From the human T2T-CHM13v2.0 reference genome, Homo sapiens, in assembly GCF_009914755.1 (NCBI RefSeq), contig NC_060929.1: a stretch of DNA of 64,000 nucleotides. One strand, 5' to 3'. Positions 61,308 to 64,000 of the stretch are shown one piece after another; the stretch's first letter is position 1, and every line of letters begins with the position of its first letter. The notes beneath the pieces are model-generated. The model was not told the DNA's origin. It ran no database searches and saw only the letters and a list, made by a program, of their open reading frames with translations. The position numbers and the translations under genes are program-made.

Positions 61308-64000
61308 AGCTGGGGTCACTCTAAAATTACACTGACACTAATGCTCATGGGGAGAAAACCAGGGGAATTAGCCCTCTTCCAGTACTCTCCCCCACCGGGG
61401 GTTATTTTATCCTCTGAGAAGGCATCTGAAGTGGAAATACGATTTCCAGACCTAGGTAGGTGGATCCTAAGCAAGGGCTGGAACAGCCTCAGACTGAATC
61501 CGCTCCATCCGTTGGCCTCCAAAGCCCACTCTTGCTTTTTGCAGCACACGCTCCCTCCAGCGGGTGGGCTACCCAAGGTCCTGGTGCTAGCTCTTCACTG
61601 TCCTTGTAGCGGTCGCTGGTTGCTCACCCTGCACTGGATTCTTAGCCTCACGATGGCCCCGGGGGGTGGCTGCTGCAGTTCCAGGAGCCCACCTCACTTC
61701 ATTGCTCAGGTGAGCAAATGAGGTTGAGAAACCGGCCCTGGGGCTGCTCAAGGACAGTCAACAGCAGCGAGGGGACTAGCTCTGAACGCCCTGGTGCCTG
61801 TGTCTCTGGAGACCTGTGCTGCGCCTGGGGCACCCTGAAGGGTCCGCATGCCACCCCAGGGGGCCCCTGTCAGAACCTCCAGCTGGGCCCAGGCATGAGG
61901 GCTGTAGGTGGATGGGGCAGCACAGAGGTGGGGCTGCCCGACAGTAGAGAGGCACCACCAGTCTGGCAGGGACCAGTGAGCAAGAATGAGATCAACAACC
62001 TCCTGGTGGCTCGGTGCCCACAGTCCACGCAGCAGGACGCTCCAGGCCTCTGCCAGGCGAGTCTCTGAAAACCTATGTGGCCTACAAGGCCTTCTGTTTC
62101 CAAGTCTCCAAGTTTAAGAAGCCTGACCGAACTCCCTCTACACTCAGGCAGCTCTTCCATTCCTTGATCCTTGGTGGCTTCACAGACCCCAGAGTTGCGT
62201 GGGATGGCCTCACCCCACCAGCAGCCCTGTGCATGATCAAGGTCATGATCAGGCAAAGTTCAGTCACCTCAGGGCACACCCCTTTCCGAAACGGGCAGGA
62301 GGTCGAAGTGCCAAGTGACCAGGGAAGAGGAAGGGGTGGACCTGGGCAGGAGGGAAAGGTTTAAGGAGCAGGGAGCCAGGTAGATCTTCCCTGAGGCATC
62401 TCTTACCCAAGAAGCCAGCCCCCACCCTCCACACCCTGCCTCTCTGGGGCTAAAGGCTGAGGCAAAGCGGAGCCTCTGGACAGCCCCTGGCGGGAGGGAA
62501 AGGGGAGTCAGATTACTGGCTCTGCCAGGCTCCACGCTGGGCTCAGGGGCTCGGTTACCCTGGAAACCTAACCCCTTGAATGCAGAGCTGGCTATCCCCA
62601 GGGCTCACCCATTGCTGGGTGACACCAGGTGTAGGCAGCACTCGCCCACAGGGATGGGACTGGAGGTGCAGAGGCCTAGAGAGCCATCAGGAATGGGTTC
62701 AGAGCCACCTGCACCTGCAGGTGCGCCTCCCTCCTGCCTAGATGCCAGTCCCCGCTTGCCTACTTACAGCCACTGCCCACCCCCACCCCCGAGCCCCACC
62801 CTGGCTTTCTCTGTCCCACACGACTGCCTCAGATGGACAGGCTGGGTGGGCAGTGGTGGGTGATGCTGCCTGAATCACCCTGGCAACAGCCTGCGCCTTA
62901 CCCTCGCTTCCTTCCTAGGGGCCTCCCCTCTCCCCCGGGTCCTGTTTACCAGGAGATAAAGGGCCCCACGGGCTCCCGCCCACACCAACCCTTCTGTCAT
63001 TTCCCTACACACTGCAGGCCCTGGCCCTGGGCAGCCTCCCCCGCCTGCCAGCTCCTCCACCCGCCTTGCCCTCAGCTTCTCTGACTGTGGGTCCAACTCT
63101 GTGACTGCCTCCCCATGGGCCAGGCCCTATGCCAGGGCTCTGCCAAGCCATGCTGGCACCCTATAACCCTCGGGAGCTGGGGAGGCAGCTCAGGTGAGGA
63201 GAGGGACCAGCCTGGGAGCCCCTGCCACACTTTCTTGCCTCAGGACCACGTTGTTAAGAGCAGCAGCAATGAGGCCTGGAGGCTGTGTCACCCTCCCCTG
63301 GAGGCGAGTCATTAGGACATCCTGGGGCCCACAAACCACAGTTCCCCCTGCTTCCCTCTTGGTTGGGGAAAGATTAAAGAGCCAAGCTGGGGCACAACCT
63401 TTGTGCCTTGTACTCAGGGAAAAGGGACAGGCTCAGAGGGGCATAGGCAGATATCAGGCCCGTTAACGGTCTGCTGTCACCATGCATGTGTGTGGCAGGT
63501 GTCTGCCTCCTCTCCAGACCCTGCAACCTCCTAGGAGTAAGGGTGTCCATCATTGCTGAAGTCCAGGCCTGGGGAGGCGGACAGCCTGAAGGCTGGGAGC
63601 GCTGCATGGCTGAGACCCCGGGCTGCCCCCAAGGGTCTGCCTCCCTGGGCAGATCCTCAGCAGGTGCTTGACCGAGGGCCACAGTTTGAGCGCTGGCAGA
63701 GCTGCTGCACGGGCTAGATAGGAAATTGGGCCCCAAACCCTTCTCCAGGGTCCATTTTGCGTTGGTCTAAGAGGCCGTCCTGGGCTTGACCTTGCGTTTC
63801 CAGGATGATGCCCACACCTGCTGCCCTTCCTCTCTGGTTCCCTGCCCACCTCCTTCCTTCCCTGCAGATTCCACTTCCTGGGTCCTTCCCTCAAGTTCCT
63901 GGACCCCCGCTGGCTGCAAAGTGGAGGCCAGGTTCCAATCTGGCCTCCGACTGGCTACGTCTGGTTTCACCAGGGGTTTAAGACAGATTTTCTACATGTG

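Noticed and set aside
51433-63970. Many long overlapping or antisense ORFs around LTC4S and MGAT4B (e.g. 55047-55691, 59228-59980, 60312-60986)
   Set aside because: Expected from very high GC content (few stop codons) and from shadows of real exons.

Overview
This is human (primate) genomic DNA, recognisable as the 5q35.3 MAML1-LTC4S-MGAT4B locus. Bases 1-24.5 kb are the Alu/L1/L2-rich remainder of MAML1 intron 1. MAML1 exons 2-5 (+) lie at 24524-34075, with a 3'UTR to about 36480. Bases 36.5-51 kb are a repeat-dense intergenic zone: an LTR16/ERVL remnant, a Tigger2 element that hosts an NDUFA12 processed pseudogene, THE1/MST LTR pieces and many Alus. The complete 5-exon LTC4S gene (+, 150 aa) is at 53277-55590. 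MGAT4B (-) exons 2-15 converge on it at 61165-57241, with the mirtron MIR1229 in a 69-nt intron. MAML1 exon 1 and canonical MGAT4B exon 1 lie outside the window. All exon boundaries were read by hand and give continuous frames. I see no convincing wholly new biological system. The most interesting observations are: a set of templated-insertion and palindrome-forming edits inside Alus; splice-phase compatibility for an in-frame MAML1-LTC4S chimera; an in-frame stop-free LTC4S intron 3; a GC-AG intron and a recursive-type AG|GTAAGA site in MGAT4B; and a second mirtron-like MGAT4B intron. Repeat subfamily calls and boundaries are by eye and approximate.
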